From contig JAGVWE010000003.1 of assembly GCA_018304425.1 (NCBI GenBank), positions 64,001 to 128,000 of the forward strand: a DNA stretch of 64,000 bases, read 5' to 3'. Each line of letters opens with the position of its first letter. Position 1 is the stretch's first letter. Position numbers and translations under genes: made by a program. The DNA comes from Candidatus Iainarchaeum sp. (GTDB lineage Archaea > Iainarchaeota > Iainarchaeia > Iainarchaeales > UBA10219). The notes beneath the pieces were generated by a model. The model made no database searches. It was not told where the DNA came from and worked only from the letters and a program-made list of their open reading frames with translations. Of this stretch, positions 63,679 through 64,000 are shown piece after piece.

Positions 63679-63830
63679 GACGTGCTTCGCGGCCTTGAGC
63701 ACGCTGGCAGAAGGGCTGGCCACACCGGTTACGTGGCCTCACTTGGCACCGGAAATACACTCCCCATAGCATTAAAAATCGGTTCAAGGAAAGAATTGGA
63801 AAGACGCGACCCAACATTTTTGGTGTGGCC

Positions 63831-64000
63831 ATGAGAGAGGAAAGCGCACTAGTCGTATTCCAAGACCGAAAAATACGGCGAACCTGGCATGCAGGCGAAT
63901 GGTTTTATTCCGCCACGGACATCGTTCAAGTCCTTTCAGACAGCCCTGCACCAAGGCAGTATTGGGGGGTTTTAAAGGCTCGCGAGCCCCAACTGTTAAC
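63831..64000 (+). CDS. Bro-N domain protein, partial (runs off the window edge)
   Basis: Manual translation MREESALVVFQDRKIRRTWHAGEWFYSATDIVQVLSDSPAPRQYWGVLKARE. Confidence 0.8.
   Translation, partial: MREESALVVFQDRKIRRTWHAGEWFYSATDIVQVLSDSPAPRQYWGVLKAREPQLL

Overview
This is a GC-rich archaeal chromosome segment. The archaeal markers are a tRNA-splicing endonuclease, an archaeal-type TrpRS, a TrmB regulator, the Lhr-metallophosphoesterase pair, histone-fold genes and TTTAAATA TATA boxes. The gene mix suggests a DPANN lineage, perhaps Iainarchaeota/Diapherotrites-like, but that is inference. Housekeeping genes include pyrG, tRNA-Pro(CGG), Lhr, bacterial-type metK, an XPD-like helicase, trpS, endA, peroxiredoxin, SOD and ferredoxins. 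The best candidate for an undescribed system is an ~8 kb cluster (11.3-19.5 kb) with two similar promoters. It encodes three secreted Tyr-rich low-complexity proteins and four membrane-anchored surface proteins that share a juxtamembrane [A/T]-[G/A]-[F/L] motif. Its first promoter carries the same TAGTAA-N4-TTACTA palindrome found in front of the TrmB gene. Other highlights: a 5S-sized structured RNA abutting tRNA-Pro; two tandem histone-fold genes with a CxxC motif (one is missing from the ORF track); a 3559-aa Ig-repeat/Cys-repeat surface protein; a methyltransferase split at a G11 tract; an AT-rich Fic island with tandem operators; an accessory island with a TA-like pair, a structured non-coding element and a membrane-tethered HNH; and an operon of His-motif proteins, a CcdA-like protein and an ATP-cone protein. 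No CRISPR array, integrase or transposase was seen. All family calls come from recognising motifs by eye; no searches were run.
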